A stretch of 46,108 nucleotides of DNA from Patescibacteria group bacterium (GCA_038062025.1 JBBTXW010000035.1:1-46108), one strand, 5' to 3'; shown: positions 10,785-21,516, numbered from the stretch's first letter. Translations and numbers: made by a program. The notes: generated by a model not told the origin, from the sequence alone.

Positions 10785-11719
10785 ACAGACACTTTGACGT
10801 TTCTGTTGTAGTAATTAGCTTTAATACAAGGAAACTTACACTCGATTGTTTAGATTCGGTTATACAACACACACGAGATGTTATCTATGAGGTAATTATT
10901 GTAGATAATGCCTCAACCGATGGCTCTCTAAAAGAAATTGAAAAATTTACCCTAAAACACAAAAACACACATCTTGTTAAAAGTAAAGAAAACTTAGGTT
11001 TTGGAGGAGGAAACAATCTTGGGATGCAAAAAGCGAAAGGCAGATATATTTTGCTTCTAAATTCAGATACAAAACTATATGAAGACTCTATCTCTAAAAT
11101 GGTCGAATGGATGGACAACCATCCAACTGTAGGTATTTCAACATGTAAACTAAAAAATCCCAACGGATCAATCCAGCCAACCGGGGGATATATGCCCACA
11201 CTTTTCAGGCTTTTCTCTTGGGCATTTTTCTTAGATGATCTTCCATGTTGGAGTACTTTGTTTGGGTCGTACCACCCGCATGCAGACTTCTACAAAAAAC
11301 AAAGATCTCTTGATTGGATAACGGGTGCATTTATGTTGATAAGACGCGAGACTTATGAGAGTGTCGGGGGTTTTGATTCAAACTTCCATATGTACGCAGA
11401 AGACGTTGAGTACTGCTACAGATTTAAACTACAGGGATTTCAACTCATATTTGTACCAACAACTTCGATAACACACATTGGCGGCGCCTCAAGTACCGGA
11501 GACGTTGTCCATTTTAAAGATAGTGCCGGCAAAGAAAGAAGTATTGTCGGTGAGTTTGAAGGCCTAAAATTGTTTTATAAAAAACACTTCCCGTCTCAAT
11601 ATTCAATAGCTTCAACAATAATGAAATTTGGTGCAATATTGAGAATGATTATTTTTGGTTTATTTTTAGGACAACCGAAAGCGAGGAAAATATATGTTAC
11701 AGCTTTTAAAAAAATCTGA
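10781..11719 (+). CDS. GT2 glycosyltransferase (rhamnosyltransferase-like)
   Basis: VSVVVISFNT...IIVDNASTDGS...LLLNSDT...YAEDVEYCYR. Confidence 0.8.
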   Translation: MNRHFDVSVVVISFNTRKLTLDCLDSVIQHTRDVIYEVIIVDNASTDGSLKEIEKFTLKHKNTHLVKSKENLGFGGGNNLGMQKAKGRYILLLNSDTKLYEDSISKMVEWMDNHPTVGISTCKLKNPNGSIQPTGGYMPTLFRLFSWAFFLDDLPCWSTLFGSYHPHADFYKKQRSLDWITGAFMLIRRETYESVGGFDSNFHMYAEDVEYCYRFKLQGFQLIFVPTTSITHIGGASSTGDVVHFKDSAGKERSIVGEFEGLKLFYKKHFPSQYSIASTIMKFGAILRMIIFGLFLGQPKARKIYVTAFKKI

Positions 11720-13169
11720 CATAAGAATGTTAAAGCCATTCAATCAATATAATCGCTACGCTCATATGGCCAACTGGGCTTCGCGCTACTGGGAAGGCCA
11801 TAATTTACTTTCCGCACTAAAATATTGTTTGGCTGCACTCCTTATTGTTGTGCCGCTTTATCCAAAATTTCCTATTTTCAATGTCCCGGGAACTTACGTT
11901 GCAATAAGAGCTGAAGACTTCCTAATTTCGCTTATTGCCCTCTTATGGCTTCCAATTATGCTTCGTCGAGGTGTAAAAGCTTTCTTGAAGGATAAATTTA
12001 ATCAAGCAATACTAATTTTTTTTGCAGCAGGTTTATTATCAAGTCTTTCAAGCATTCTTTTAACAAGAACTGCCCCACCCCATATCGTTTTTTTGCATTG
12101 GGCAAGAAGAATTGAATATATCATTCCTTTTTTTGCAGCTTTAGAAGTTGTGCGAAGTATAAACAAAGCCAGGTTCCTAACTTCAGGACTCTTCTTTGCA
12201 ACTTTTTTTGTTTTCGCTTTCGGATGGGGGCAAGTTTACGCAAATTTTCCAGTTATCTCAACACAAAATGAAGAGTACTCAAAAGGTTTAGCACTTCGCT
12301 GGGTCCCCGGCGCGCGGCTTCATTCTACTTTTGCAGGCCATTATGACTTGGCAGCATTTCTTGTAATTCTTCTTCCAATATCGGCAGCACTTTTCTGGCA
12401 TTACAAAAAATTAAAAAACAAAATTATATTCTTACTTTTTAGCGTTTTGCCATCTTTTTGGTTAATGCTTCGCGCCGAGTCCAGAGTCTCTTTCGCATCT
12501 TTTATTTTTGGAGTTTGCGTTTCTTTGTGGCTTGTAAAGAAGAAAGTTTTCATAATCCCTTTTATTGTGTTTTGTGTTTTGTCTGCAGTTTTGTTTACAA
12601 ATCTTGGGGTACGCTACAGAAATAGCCTTCAAACATACTGGCAAAGAATTACAAACTCTCAAAAAATTAATTTTCACCTGGTAACTCCGGTGCACGCACA
12701 AGAACGCCTTGAGATACCAGAAAGAACTAGAAGCAAACAAACGGAGGACAAACCACAACAGTTTCCATCAATTTTCGAAGATCGCTCAACAGCAATTCGC
12801 CTTAATGTTGAATGGCCTCGTGCGCTGCGTGCTTTTTTCAAAAATCCTCTGCTTGGGACAGGATACTCTTCGATTACCCTTGCAACTGACAATGACTATT
12901 TACGCGCACTTGGAGAAACCGGCCTTGTTGGAACGCTCGCATTGCTTCTTGTGATATTGCGTATCTTGCAAAAACTAATCACATATATTAAAAACTCAAG
13001 CTCAAGTTGGAGCCATGTGTATGTGTGTGGATTCACAGGGGGTATGGCTGGGCTTTTATTGAACGCAACCTTTATAGACGTTTTTGAAGCCTCAAAAGTT
13101 GCTATAATCTTTTGGGCTTTAGCCGGTATAGCCGTAGGTTTAATAGAAAGAAAAAACAATGAAGCGTAA
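11694..13169 (+). CDS. O-antigen ligase/polymerase-like (Wzy_C family) membrane protein
   Basis: Polytopic protein with RLHSTFAGHYDLAAFLV and C-terminal FFKNPLLGTGYSS motifs typical of the family. The start is ambiguous (ATG at 11694, 11727 or 11766). Confidence 0.6.
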   Translation: MLQLLKKSDIRMLKPFNQYNRYAHMANWASRYWEGHNLLSALKYCLAALLIVVPLYPKFPIFNVPGTYVAIRAEDFLISLIALLWLPIMLRRGVKAFLKDKFNQAILIFFAAGLLSSLSSILLTRTAPPHIVFLHWARRIEYIIPFFAALEVVRSINKARFLTSGLFFATFFVFAFGWGQVYANFPVISTQNEEYSKGLALRWVPGARLHSTFAGHYDLAAFLVILLPISAALFWHYKKLKNKIIFLLFSVLPSFWLMLRAESRVSFASFIFGVCVSLWLVKKKVFIIPFIVFCVLSAVLFTNLGVRYRNSLQTYWQRITNSQKINFHLVTPVHAQERLEIPERTRSKQTEDKPQQFPSIFEDRSTAIRLNVEWPRALRAFFKNPLLGTGYSSITLATDNDYLRALGETGLVGTLALLLVILRILQKLITYIKNSSSSWSHVYVCGFTGGMAGLLLNATFIDVFEASKVAIIFWALAGIAVGLIERKNNEA

Positions 13170-14592
13170 CAACCTTTTAATGTTATTTTTAATTCTTGTA
13201 CTTGGGCTTGTACTTAGACTATATAAAATAGACAACCCAATCGCCGACTGGCATTCATGGCGACAAGCAGATACAGCATCAGTTGCAAGAATGTATGTAG
13301 AAAATGGCATAGATCTTCTTCGTCCCAAATACCACGATATCTCAAATATTGCTTCTGGATTCGACAACCCGGAAGGTTGGAGGTTTGTAGAATTTCCAAT
13401 TTACAACGCAATTCATGCGGTTCTTTATAAAACATACCCTGAATTAGGATTTGATAAGTGGGGAAGGTTAACTTCCACCTTTATTTCTTTAGGGTCGCTA
13501 ATTTTTGTCTATTTATTAGGGAAGAGATTTATCTCCCCCGTTGGAGGACTTCTTGCCGCATTCTTTTTTGCTTCGCTCCCGTTTAATATATTTTTTTCAA
13601 GGGTAATACTTCCTGAGCCTTTAACCGTTTTCTTTATTATTTCAAGTCTTTATCTTTTCTCAGAATATATAGAAAAAGAAAAAAAGTGGGCTATATATTT
13701 ATCTGGATTTTTATTCGCGCTTGCTCTGTTAATGAAGCCTTATATAGTTTTTTACGGCTTTGCTTTTATTTATCTTGCTTGGGAAAAATACAAAATAAAA
13801 AGAAGCTTAAAGAATGTAGATTTTTATATATTTTTATCGCTCGTTGCCTCGCCCTTTTTTTTCTGGCGAGGGTGGATGTGGGATGGGGACCATATACGCG
13901 GAATCCCACACTGGAAGTGGGCCTTCAACGGAGACAATATCCGTTTCCGCCCCGCATTTTGGTGGTGGCTTTTTGAGGAAAGACTAGGCCGAATGATTCT
14001 TGGTGTTTGGGCAGTGGTACCTTTCGCATTGGGATTTTTATCCAATAAAAAATCCAAACATCCATACTTTATACATGTTTTATTCGCTAGCCAAATTGCT
14101 TTTATGGCAACAATCGCAACAGCAAGCGTCAGACATGACTACTATCAAACTCTGACAATTCCCGCGGTATCACTTGCACTTGCAAGCGGGTTTCTCTTTC
14201 TGTGGAACGCCAAAAACTTAAATAAACAGCTTTCCAGGCTTATGGCAGTTGGTTGTGTTAGCGCTGGACTATTTTTCTCTTTCTATCAAATAAAAGAGTT
14301 CTACAAAATTAATCATCCAGAAATTATCACAGCAGGTGAAAAAGCAAACCAAACTCTCCCCAAAGACGCAGTTGTTATAGCTCCCTACAACGGCGACACA
14401 GCTTTTCTTTATCAAACCAAGCGTCGTGGATTCCCATACATAGTTTATCCTTTGACTGAAATGATAGAAAAGCATGGAGCACAATATTACATCTCGGTAA
14501 ATTTCGATAATCAAACAAAACAAGTAATGGAAGAGTACACAGTGATCGATAAAACAGATAAGTATGTGATAGTGAAGCTTGTGAAAAAATGA
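13159..14592 (+). CDS. GT-C fold glycosyltransferase (ArnT/PMT_2-like)
   Basis: LRLYKIDNPIADWHSWRQADTASVAR N-terminal loop, many TM helices and a C-terminal soluble domain. Confidence 0.65.
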   Translation: MKRNNLLMLFLILVLGLVLRLYKIDNPIADWHSWRQADTASVARMYVENGIDLLRPKYHDISNIASGFDNPEGWRFVEFPIYNAIHAVLYKTYPELGFDKWGRLTSTFISLGSLIFVYLLGKRFISPVGGLLAAFFFASLPFNIFFSRVILPEPLTVFFIISSLYLFSEYIEKEKKWAIYLSGFLFALALLMKPYIVFYGFAFIYLAWEKYKIKRSLKNVDFYIFLSLVASPFFFWRGWMWDGDHIRGIPHWKWAFNGDNIRFRPAFWWWLFEERLGRMILGVWAVVPFALGFLSNKKSKHPYFIHVLFASQIAFMATIATASVRHDYYQTLTIPAVSLALASGFLFLWNAKNLNKQLSRLMAVGCVSAGLFFSFYQIKEFYKINHPEIITAGEKANQTLPKDAVVIAPYNGDTAFLYQTKRRGFPYIVYPLTEMIEKHGAQYYISVNFDNQTKQVMEEYTVIDKTDKYVIVKLVKK

Positions 14593-15785
14593 GAATTTTG
14601 ATGCTTACCCCCTATTTGCCCTATCCGCCTTCTTCAGGCGGACAAATCCGCTCATACAATTTAATAAAAGAGCTCTCAAAAAAACACAAAATAACACTCT
14701 ACTCATTGATAAAGTACAACGATGAAAAAAAATACGTCCCTGAGCTTAAAAAGTATTGCAGAGATGTCAAAGTTTTCAAGCGGCCCGAAAAACCATGGAC
14801 TCTTAGAAATATCTTATTAACTGGTGCAAGCAACCTCCCATTCTTGGCGATTAGGAACTTTTCAAACAAAGAAAAAAACGATCTTGCTAGGCTTTTGAAG
14901 AATGAAGAGTTTGACATAATTCACGCGGAAACTTTTTACGTTAGCCCTCATATTCCAAAAGTACAAACCCCGCTAGTTTTAGTAGACCAAACAATTGAAT
15001 ATCAGGTGTATGAGCATTTCGTAAAAAATTCCAAATGGTGGTTTCTTGCGCCGCTTCTTTGGATTGATGTATTGAAAATTAAATACTGGGAAACCTATTA
15101 CTGGAAAAAAGCAACAAAAGTTATTGCAGTATCCGAGAAAGATGCTGAGATAATGAAGCTGTATGTACCTCAAAATAAAGTAGAGATAGTCCCCAATCCT
15201 GTCGGAGAAGATCTGATGAAGAAAGTGCCGATTCACTATTCAAAAAGAATACTTTTTATGGGTAATTATAATTGGATGCAAAATGTAGAGGCTGCAGAAA
15301 TTTTAGTTAAAGAAATCTTTCCAGAAATAAAACGGCAACTGCCCGATGCTGAACTTGTAATCGCCGGACAAAACATAGAAAAAGTAGACCACCTTAAAAG
15401 TTCAAATATTAAAATACAGGGTTTAGCAATTGATGATGTCCAAGGGGTTGTGAGTGCGTATCACACGGCCGGAATACTTCTTGCTCCTTTATATGGTCCA
15501 GCAGGTGGCAGGGTTAAAATAATAGGTGCAATGGCTGCCAACCTTCCGGTTGTCACAACGCACATAGGGATCCAGGGGATTGATGCAAAAAACGGAGAGT
15601 CGGCACTGTTTGCAAAAACACCAAACGAATTAGTAAAACTCGCTGTGAAATTGTTAAAAGATCAAAGACTTTATACAAAGATTGCAATAAACGCAAGAAA
15701 ACTTGCCGAGGAAAAATATAGCTACCAAGCTATTGCAAAAAAGTTAGATGATGTATACAAGGAGGCAGCAGATGTCAGAAATTGA
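14589..15785 (+). CDS. GT4 glycosyltransferase
   Basis: MRILMLTPYLPYPPSSGGQIRSYN N-terminus typical of GT4, with a GT-B C-terminal half. Confidence 0.75.
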   Translation: MRILMLTPYLPYPPSSGGQIRSYNLIKELSKKHKITLYSLIKYNDEKKYVPELKKYCRDVKVFKRPEKPWTLRNILLTGASNLPFLAIRNFSNKEKNDLARLLKNEEFDIIHAETFYVSPHIPKVQTPLVLVDQTIEYQVYEHFVKNSKWWFLAPLLWIDVLKIKYWETYYWKKATKVIAVSEKDAEIMKLYVPQNKVEIVPNPVGEDLMKKVPIHYSKRILFMGNYNWMQNVEAAEILVKEIFPEIKRQLPDAELVIAGQNIEKVDHLKSSNIKIQGLAIDDVQGVVSAYHTAGILLAPLYGPAGGRVKIIGAMAANLPVVTTHIGIQGIDAKNGESALFAKTPNELVKLAVKLLKDQRLYTKIAINARKLAEEKYSYQAIAKKLDDVYKEAADVRN

Positions 15786-16689
15786 TTTAAGTATTATTAT
15801 TCTCAACTACAACGCAAAAGAATATTTAAAAAGTTGTGTTCAATCGATTAAAGACTCAAATTTTGAAAAAATAACAAAAGAAATAATTCTTGTAGATAAC
15901 AATTCTCCTGATAGTCCTAAAGAAATTTTTGAACACCTAAAAAAGACATCAAAAAACCTAAATTATGTTTATAACGAAGAAAATTTAGGTTTTTCCGCAG
16001 GCAACAATAGAGGTGTCGAAAAATCTTCTGGTAAGTACGTTTTGTTTCTCAACCCAGACACAAAAGTCTCAGAAGTCGCGATTAAAACTTGTTTTAAGTT
16101 TATGGAGGAAAATAAAGACGTTGGAGTCTGCGGACCAGCGCTTGTTTACCCAAACGGAGAGCTAACAACTGCCTCCCACAGAGGTTTCCCAACTCCTTGG
16201 AACGCAATAACACACTTCACAGGACTTAGAAGACTTTCTCCTAAAAGCAAACTGCTTGCTGGCTACACAATGGGATGGCTTCTGGATAACAAGAACCCCC
16301 ATGAAGTGGATGCTCTCTCCGGAGCGGCCTTTTTTGTACGACGCGAAGCAGGGGAGGAAGTTGGCTGGTGGGATGAAGATTACTTTTTATACGGTGAAGA
16401 TATTGACTTTTGTTTCAAATTAAATGAAAAAGGTTGGAAGGTGTTTTTCCTTCCGTCAGCAAAAATTTTGCATTATCATGGTGTCTCGTCTGGAATAAAA
16501 AAACAGAGTCAAAATTTAACTTCAGCAGATATTCAAACTAAAAAAAGAGCAATCAAAGCATCAACTGACGCAATGCGGATATTTTATAAAAAGCATTACC
16601 CAAATGTTTATCCATCGTGGCTTACAAATTTTGTATTAATGGGGATTTCCATTTTAGAAAGGTTTCGCCTTGTGCGGGTGAGCACATAG
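15772..16689 (+). CDS. GT2 glycosyltransferase
   Basis: LSIIILNYN...ILVDNNSPDS...LFLNPDT...GEDIDFCFK. The start is placed at ATG 15772, preceded by GGAGG at 15761-15765. Confidence 0.8.
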   Translation: MSEIDLSIIILNYNAKEYLKSCVQSIKDSNFEKITKEIILVDNNSPDSPKEIFEHLKKTSKNLNYVYNEENLGFSAGNNRGVEKSSGKYVLFLNPDTKVSEVAIKTCFKFMEENKDVGVCGPALVYPNGELTTASHRGFPTPWNAITHFTGLRRLSPKSKLLAGYTMGWLLDNKNPHEVDALSGAAFFVRREAGEEVGWWDEDYFLYGEDIDFCFKLNEKGWKVFFLPSAKILHYHGVSSGIKKQSQNLTSADIQTKKRAIKASTDAMRIFYKKHYPNVYPSWLTNFVLMGISILERFRLVRVST

Positions 16690-16706
16690 GGCGATAAACG
16701 TAAAAA

Positions 16707-17807
16707 ATGGCAACGATCGGCATAGACGCAAGGCTTTGGGGAACAAAACATACAGGGATCGGAAGATACACCCAAAAGCTTATTGAAAATTTAAGAGGAC
16801 TTGATATAGAAAACGAATATGTAATCTTTTGCAGATCTGAGAACATAAAAAACATAGAGACATCGCCAGGCTGGAAAAAAGTAGTTGCAGACATTCCACA
16901 CTATTCTCTAGGCGAGCAAACCTCTCTTGTTCAAATATTTCTTAAAGAAAATTTAGATCTTCTTCATGTTCCACATTTTAATGTTCCCGTCTTCTATCCT
17001 AAGGCATTTTGCATTACCATACACGACATTTTATGGCACTCAAAAAAGGGATTTGATGTCACAACTCTCCCGCCAATAAAATATCTAGCAAAGTATGCAG
17101 GGTACAGACTGGTAGTAAAAAGCGCAGCATCCCGCGCAAAAGCAATTTTTGTTCCAAGCAAATCTGTGGCAAACGAAGTTGAAAAAAGATTCCCAGACGT
17201 TAAACAAAAGGTTTACGTGACGTATGAGGGCGTTGACGCATTATCGCGGGGTGGAAAAAAAGATGATAGAAATTATCTTTTGTATGTTGGAAACTTGTAT
17301 CCTCATAAAAATGTGGAAACTCTTGTGCATGCACTGTCGCGTTACCATGTTCTAGAACATGGTAACAAGCTGATTGTTGTTTCGAGGAAGACTGCTTTTT
17401 TAGGTAAGTTTAGAAAATTCATAAAAACTAAGAATGCTAAAAAGTTTGTCGAGCTAAAAACAAACGTAGATGATAAAGAACTGGGGTCATTGTATAAAAA
17501 TGCAAAGGCTTTTATATTTCCTACGCTGTCTGAAGGATTCGGGTTGCCCGGACTTGAGGCAATGTCTGCCAGCACGCCTGTTGTCTGCTCAGATATTCCT
17601 GTCCTTCGAGAAGTATATGGGAATGCCCCATTGTATTTTGACCCAAAAGATCCCCAAGATATAGCCGACAAAATACAAAAAGTACTAAGTAACAAGGTGG
17701 TAAGAATTAACCTTATCAAGGCCGGCAAAATCCAAGTTAAAAAATTCTCGTGGAAAAAAATGGCACAAGAAACCCTAAGCGTTTACCGTGAGGTGTTGAA
17801 AGGATGA
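16707..17807 (+). CDS. GT4 glycosyltransferase (third member of the MRIGID-type paralog set)
   Basis: ATIGIDARLW... N-terminus and SEGFGLPGLEAMSASTPVVCSDIPVLREVYG. Confidence 0.8.
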   Translation: MATIGIDARLWGTKHTGIGRYTQKLIENLRGLDIENEYVIFCRSENIKNIETSPGWKKVVADIPHYSLGEQTSLVQIFLKENLDLLHVPHFNVPVFYPKAFCITIHDILWHSKKGFDVTTLPPIKYLAKYAGYRLVVKSAASRAKAIFVPSKSVANEVEKRFPDVKQKVYVTYEGVDALSRGGKKDDRNYLLYVGNLYPHKNVETLVHALSRYHVLEHGNKLIVVSRKTAFLGKFRKFIKTKNAKKFVELKTNVDDKELGSLYKNAKAFIFPTLSEGFGLPGLEAMSASTPVVCSDIPVLREVYGNAPLYFDPKDPQDIADKIQKVLSNKVVRINLIKAGKIQVKKFSWKKMAQETLSVYREVLKG

Positions 17808-18895
17808 AAGTTGCTCTTGTTTATGACAGGGTTAATAAATGGGGAGGGGCAGAGCGAGTACTTCTATCTCTCCACAAGTTATTTCCAAATGCTCCACTCT
17901 ATACCTCTGTGTATAATCCACACACCGCCAAGTGGGCCAAAGTATTTCCAAAGATACACACCTCTTTTCTTAATAGGCTTCCGTTTGCAAAAACGCGCCA
18001 TGATTTGTATGCCGCATTCATGCCCATTGCTTTTGAGAGTTTTAACTTTTCCGAATATGGTCTTGTAATTTCTGTAACTTCTGAAGCTGCAAAAGGAATA
18101 ATTACAAAGCCGGGAACAACCCATATTTGTTATTGCCTAACACCGACACGCTATTTGTGGAGCGGACATAACCAATATTTAGGTGGTGTTCGAAAAATAC
18201 TTAGTCAGCCACTTGTCGCATACCTTAAGTGGTGGGATAAGACAGCAGCTCAAAGGCCAGACATAATTGTGTCAATATCGCAAACTGTCGCTAAGCGTGT
18301 GGAAAAATATTACGGAAGAAAGTCACCTGTAATTTACCCTCCTGTGAACACCAAAATATTTACTACACCCCTACGTAGGAGTGTAGTATCGAAGGATGAA
18401 AAGCCCTATCTAATAGTGTCAAGACTAGTTTCATACAAAAAAGTAGATCTAGTAGTCAAGGTGTTTAACCGATTAAAGAAACCACTAATCGTGGTTGGCA
18501 CGGGTAGTGAAGAAAAAAAGTTAAGAGGGATGACAAGATCAAACATTATTTTTACTGGATTCGTGGAGGACGATCTATTGCAGAAATACTATGTAAATGC
18601 GAGAGCTTTAATTTTTCCTCAAGAAGAAGACTTCGGTATTGTTGCTGTTGAAGCCCAGGCGGCTGGAACACCTGTTATTGCCTACAAAAAAGGGGGTGCT
18701 ATGGAAACAGTTACTGAAAAAACAGGAGTATTCTTTGACGAACAAACTGCTGATTCTTTAAACGAAGCTATAGTCAAATGCGAGAAAAAATCTTTTAAAG
18801 AAGTGGATTGCAAAAAAAATGCAGAAAAATTTAGTGAAGAGAAATTTCAAAAAAACTTTGCTACACTAGTTTCTGCCGCTCTGCTTAAAAGATGA
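17804..18895 (+). CDS. GT4 glycosyltransferase
   Basis: MKVALVYDRVNKWGGAERV N-terminus and EEDFGIVAVEAQAAGTPVIAYKKGGAMETV. Confidence 0.8.
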   Translation: MKVALVYDRVNKWGGAERVLLSLHKLFPNAPLYTSVYNPHTAKWAKVFPKIHTSFLNRLPFAKTRHDLYAAFMPIAFESFNFSEYGLVISVTSEAAKGIITKPGTTHICYCLTPTRYLWSGHNQYLGGVRKILSQPLVAYLKWWDKTAAQRPDIIVSISQTVAKRVEKYYGRKSPVIYPPVNTKIFTTPLRRSVVSKDEKPYLIVSRLVSYKKVDLVVKVFNRLKKPLIVVGTGSEEKKLRGMTRSNIIFTGFVEDDLLQKYYVNARALIFPQEEDFGIVAVEAQAAGTPVIAYKKGGAMETVTEKTGVFFDEQTADSLNEAIVKCEKKSFKEVDCKKNAEKFSEEKFQKNFATLVSAALLKR

Positions 18896-19533
18896 AGTAC
18901 AAAAGCATAAAAAAGCTAATAGATATTGCTTCAGCATTATTTCTTCTTATCATTTTCTCCCCGGTTATGATCTTCACAGCTATTGCAATAAAACTTACTT
19001 CACCGGGCCCAATTCTTGCAGATACTCCAGACAGGGTTGGTCTAAATGGAAAACCCTTCCATCTTTTTAAGTTCCGTTCGATGATTGTAAACGCATATTA
19101 CCTTTTGAGAACCGATCCTAAGTTTAAAAAAGCATTTAAAGAACAACAAAAAGGAGGAAACTATAAAATCAAAAACGATCCAAGAGTAACTCCTGTGGGA
19201 AGAATAATAAGAAAGTTTTCGATAGATGAAATGCCACAACTTGTAAACGTCCTTCGTGGCGAAATGAGTCTAGTCGGCCCACGACCATACTATCCTGATG
19301 AATTAAAAACCCAAGCTAGAAAATATCCAAAAACAAAAAAACTTGTCCAGGAAACACTTTCTGTGAAACCCGGGATAACGGGTTATTGGCAAGTAACTGG
19401 CAGGTCTAATGTTAATTTTGATAAAAGAATTGCGATTGACGCAATGTATGCAAGAAATATATCGTTTATGCTAGACTTAGAAATAATCATGCGCACTCCC
19501 TGGGCAATGCTAAGTGGAAAAGGCGCTGTATAA
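18892..19533 (+). CDS. small monotopic phosphoglycosyl transferase (bacterial sugar transferase, PglC/WbaP C-terminal domain type)
   Basis: Signature [21 protein letters not shown], an N-terminal re-entrant hydrophobic helix, and [10 protein letters not shown]. Confidence 0.85.
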   Translation: MKYKSIKKLIDIASALFLLIIFSPVMIFTAIAIKLTSPGPILADTPDRVGLNGKPFHLFKFRSMIVNAYYLLRTDPKFKKAFKEQQKGGNYKIKNDPRVTPVGRIIRKFSIDEMPQLVNVLRGEMSLVGPRPYYPDELKTQARKYPKTKKLVQETLSVKPGITGYWQVTGRSNVNFDKRIAIDAMYARNISFMLDLEIIMRTPWAMLSGKGAV

Positions 19534-21516
19534 ATGGCAAAAATAAACGACTTAAAACGTATTGCTTTTAACGATAGTTTCCAAGCACCTCAATCTGTGC
19601 CAACCGAACAAAGGGCTAATCCAAAACCAGGATGGTGGCAAAAAGTTCCGAAGCCATCTTTGGGAAGAGGTCACTCAAAAAAGATATGGGTAATTGTTGC
19701 TGCAACAATTCTTGTCCCGATACTTCTTATAGCATTTCCCTTACTTTCAATAAGAGTATCGGCAAATAAACTCATAAAATCAGCAAAAGAACTCCAAGCA
19801 GCCGCGGCAAGCCAAAATATTTCTCAAACAAAAGTTTCATTAGAAAAAACAAAGAAAGATCTAAAAGGACTTGATGGCGATCTAAACAAAATTTTTTGGG
19901 TTAAACTTATCCCCTTCCTAGGGGACTATTGGAAGGATGCAAAACATCTAACAGTTGGAGGCAATGCAGGTCTTGAGGCGGGAGAGATAATTGTCCAAAC
20001 AGTCGAGCCTTATAGCGATATTTTAGGATTAAATGGAGCACAAGCCCAGGATGGAGCAGAAAACGCAGAAGATCGAATAAACTTTGTAGTTGAAACAATA
20101 GACGACATAATTCCAAAAATGGGAGACATAAGCGCAAAAACTGCGATAATGTCCCAAGAACTCTCAAAAATTAACCCCGAGAGATATCCTGAATATTTCG
20201 GAGGAAAACCTCTTCGCTCAAAACTAAAGGCAACAATTCTTGAAGCCCAAAGAGGCCACCAGCTTCTAACAGACGGCAAGCCAGTTCTTGAACAACTACC
20301 ATATCTTTTGGGGATAAATGGTGAAAAAACATACCTCTTTCTTTGGCAAAACGACAAAGAGCTAAGGCCAACGGGCGGTTTTATAACTGCCTATTCGATA
20401 ATTAAGGTAAAAGACGGAAAGTTTGAACAAGTCGTTTCAGACGATATTTATGTGCTTGATAATAAATTCCGCTCTAAACTTCCTGCACCAGAACCAATTA
20501 AAAAATATCTTCCTCTGGTTAACAACTGGTTCTTAAGAGATATGAATCTCTCACCCGACTTTAAAACTTCAATGAACACGTTTTACGAGAACTACGAAAC
20601 AATAAAGGGGGTAAAAGAAGTAGATGGAATAATTTCTGTGGATACACACCCTCTCGTTGGTTTGCTTTCAGTTATGGGAACTCTCGGTATCCCAGGATAT
20701 GGAAACTACTCGGCAGACGAAGATAAACGCTGCAACTGCCCAAATGTTATTTATGAGCTTGAGACATATGCAGACGTTGCCGGCCCGATTGTTTGGGACG
20801 ATATATCAGGGAAAATTGTTTACAAACCGCCTCATGCAGACCATAGAAAAGGCTTTTTAGGACCATTGATGAACACATTGATTGCAAATGCCTTGGGCCA
20901 GCCAAAAGAAAAAATACCCGGGCTATTTGATGTTGCTTGGAATTCTTTGATGGAAAAACATATTATGTTCTACATGCATGATAATAAAGTTCAGTCAGCA
21001 CTTGAATCATTCAACCTAGCAGGAAGAATTCGCGAATATGACGGGGATTATCTTCACATAAACGATTCAAACTTTGCAGGCGCAAAGTCAAATCTATATG
21101 TCCAACACGAATTCGAGCTGGAAGTAAAACAAACAAAAGAGGGAACAGAAAATACGCTGACTTTAAAATACAAGAATCCTCAAAAATATGACGGATGGCT
21201 AAATGGGCCTTTCCGTGATTGGTTTAGGGTTTACGTACCCAAAGGATCGATGATTGTGGATTCAACAGGCTCAGAAGTGCCAATTACTGCAAGTGAAGAT
21301 CTCGGAAAAACTGTCTTTGAAGGATTCTTCATTCTTCGCCCGGAGGGAGTAACAGATATAAAAATTACCTATAAAACCCCCATTAAACTCGGGAAAGACG
21401 GCTATAAATTGTTAATCCAAAAACAGCCTGGGACAGCAGGGCATTTGGTTACAATCAAATCCGACAAAAAGAAGGAAGAATTTAAGCTGACAACCGACAA
21501 AGAAATTCGCCTGTAA
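19534..21516 (+). CDS. DUF4012-like single-pass membrane protein with a large extracytoplasmic domain
   Basis: One TM near residue 55-75. The motif NDKELRPTGGFITAYS matches what I recall as the DUF4012 hallmark. The start abuts the phosphoglycosyl transferase stop. Confidence 0.55.
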   Translation: MAKINDLKRIAFNDSFQAPQSVPTEQRANPKPGWWQKVPKPSLGRGHSKKIWVIVAATILVPILLIAFPLLSIRVSANKLIKSAKELQAAAASQNISQTKVSLEKTKKDLKGLDGDLNKIFWVKLIPFLGDYWKDAKHLTVGGNAGLEAGEIIVQTVEPYSDILGLNGAQAQDGAENAEDRINFVVETIDDIIPKMGDISAKTAIMSQELSKINPERYPEYFGGKPLRSKLKATILEAQRGHQLLTDGKPVLEQLPYLLGINGEKTYLFLWQNDKELRPTGGFITAYSIIKVKDGKFEQVVSDDIYVLDNKFRSKLPAPEPIKKYLPLVNNWFLRDMNLSPDFKTSMNTFYENYETIKGVKEVDGIISVDTHPLVGLLSVMGTLGIPGYGNYSADEDKRCNCPNVIYELETYADVAGPIVWDDISGKIVYKPPHADHRKGFLGPLMNTLIANALGQPKEKIPGLFDVAWNSLMEKHIMFYMHDNKVQSALESFNLAGRIREYDGDYLHINDSNFAGAKSNLYVQHEFELEVKQTKEGTENTLTLKYKNPQKYDGWLNGPFRDWFRVYVPKGSMIVDSTGSEVPITASEDLGKTVFEGFFILRPEGVTDIKITYKTPIKLGKDGYKLLIQKQPGTAGHLVTIKSDKKKEEFKLTTDKEIRL

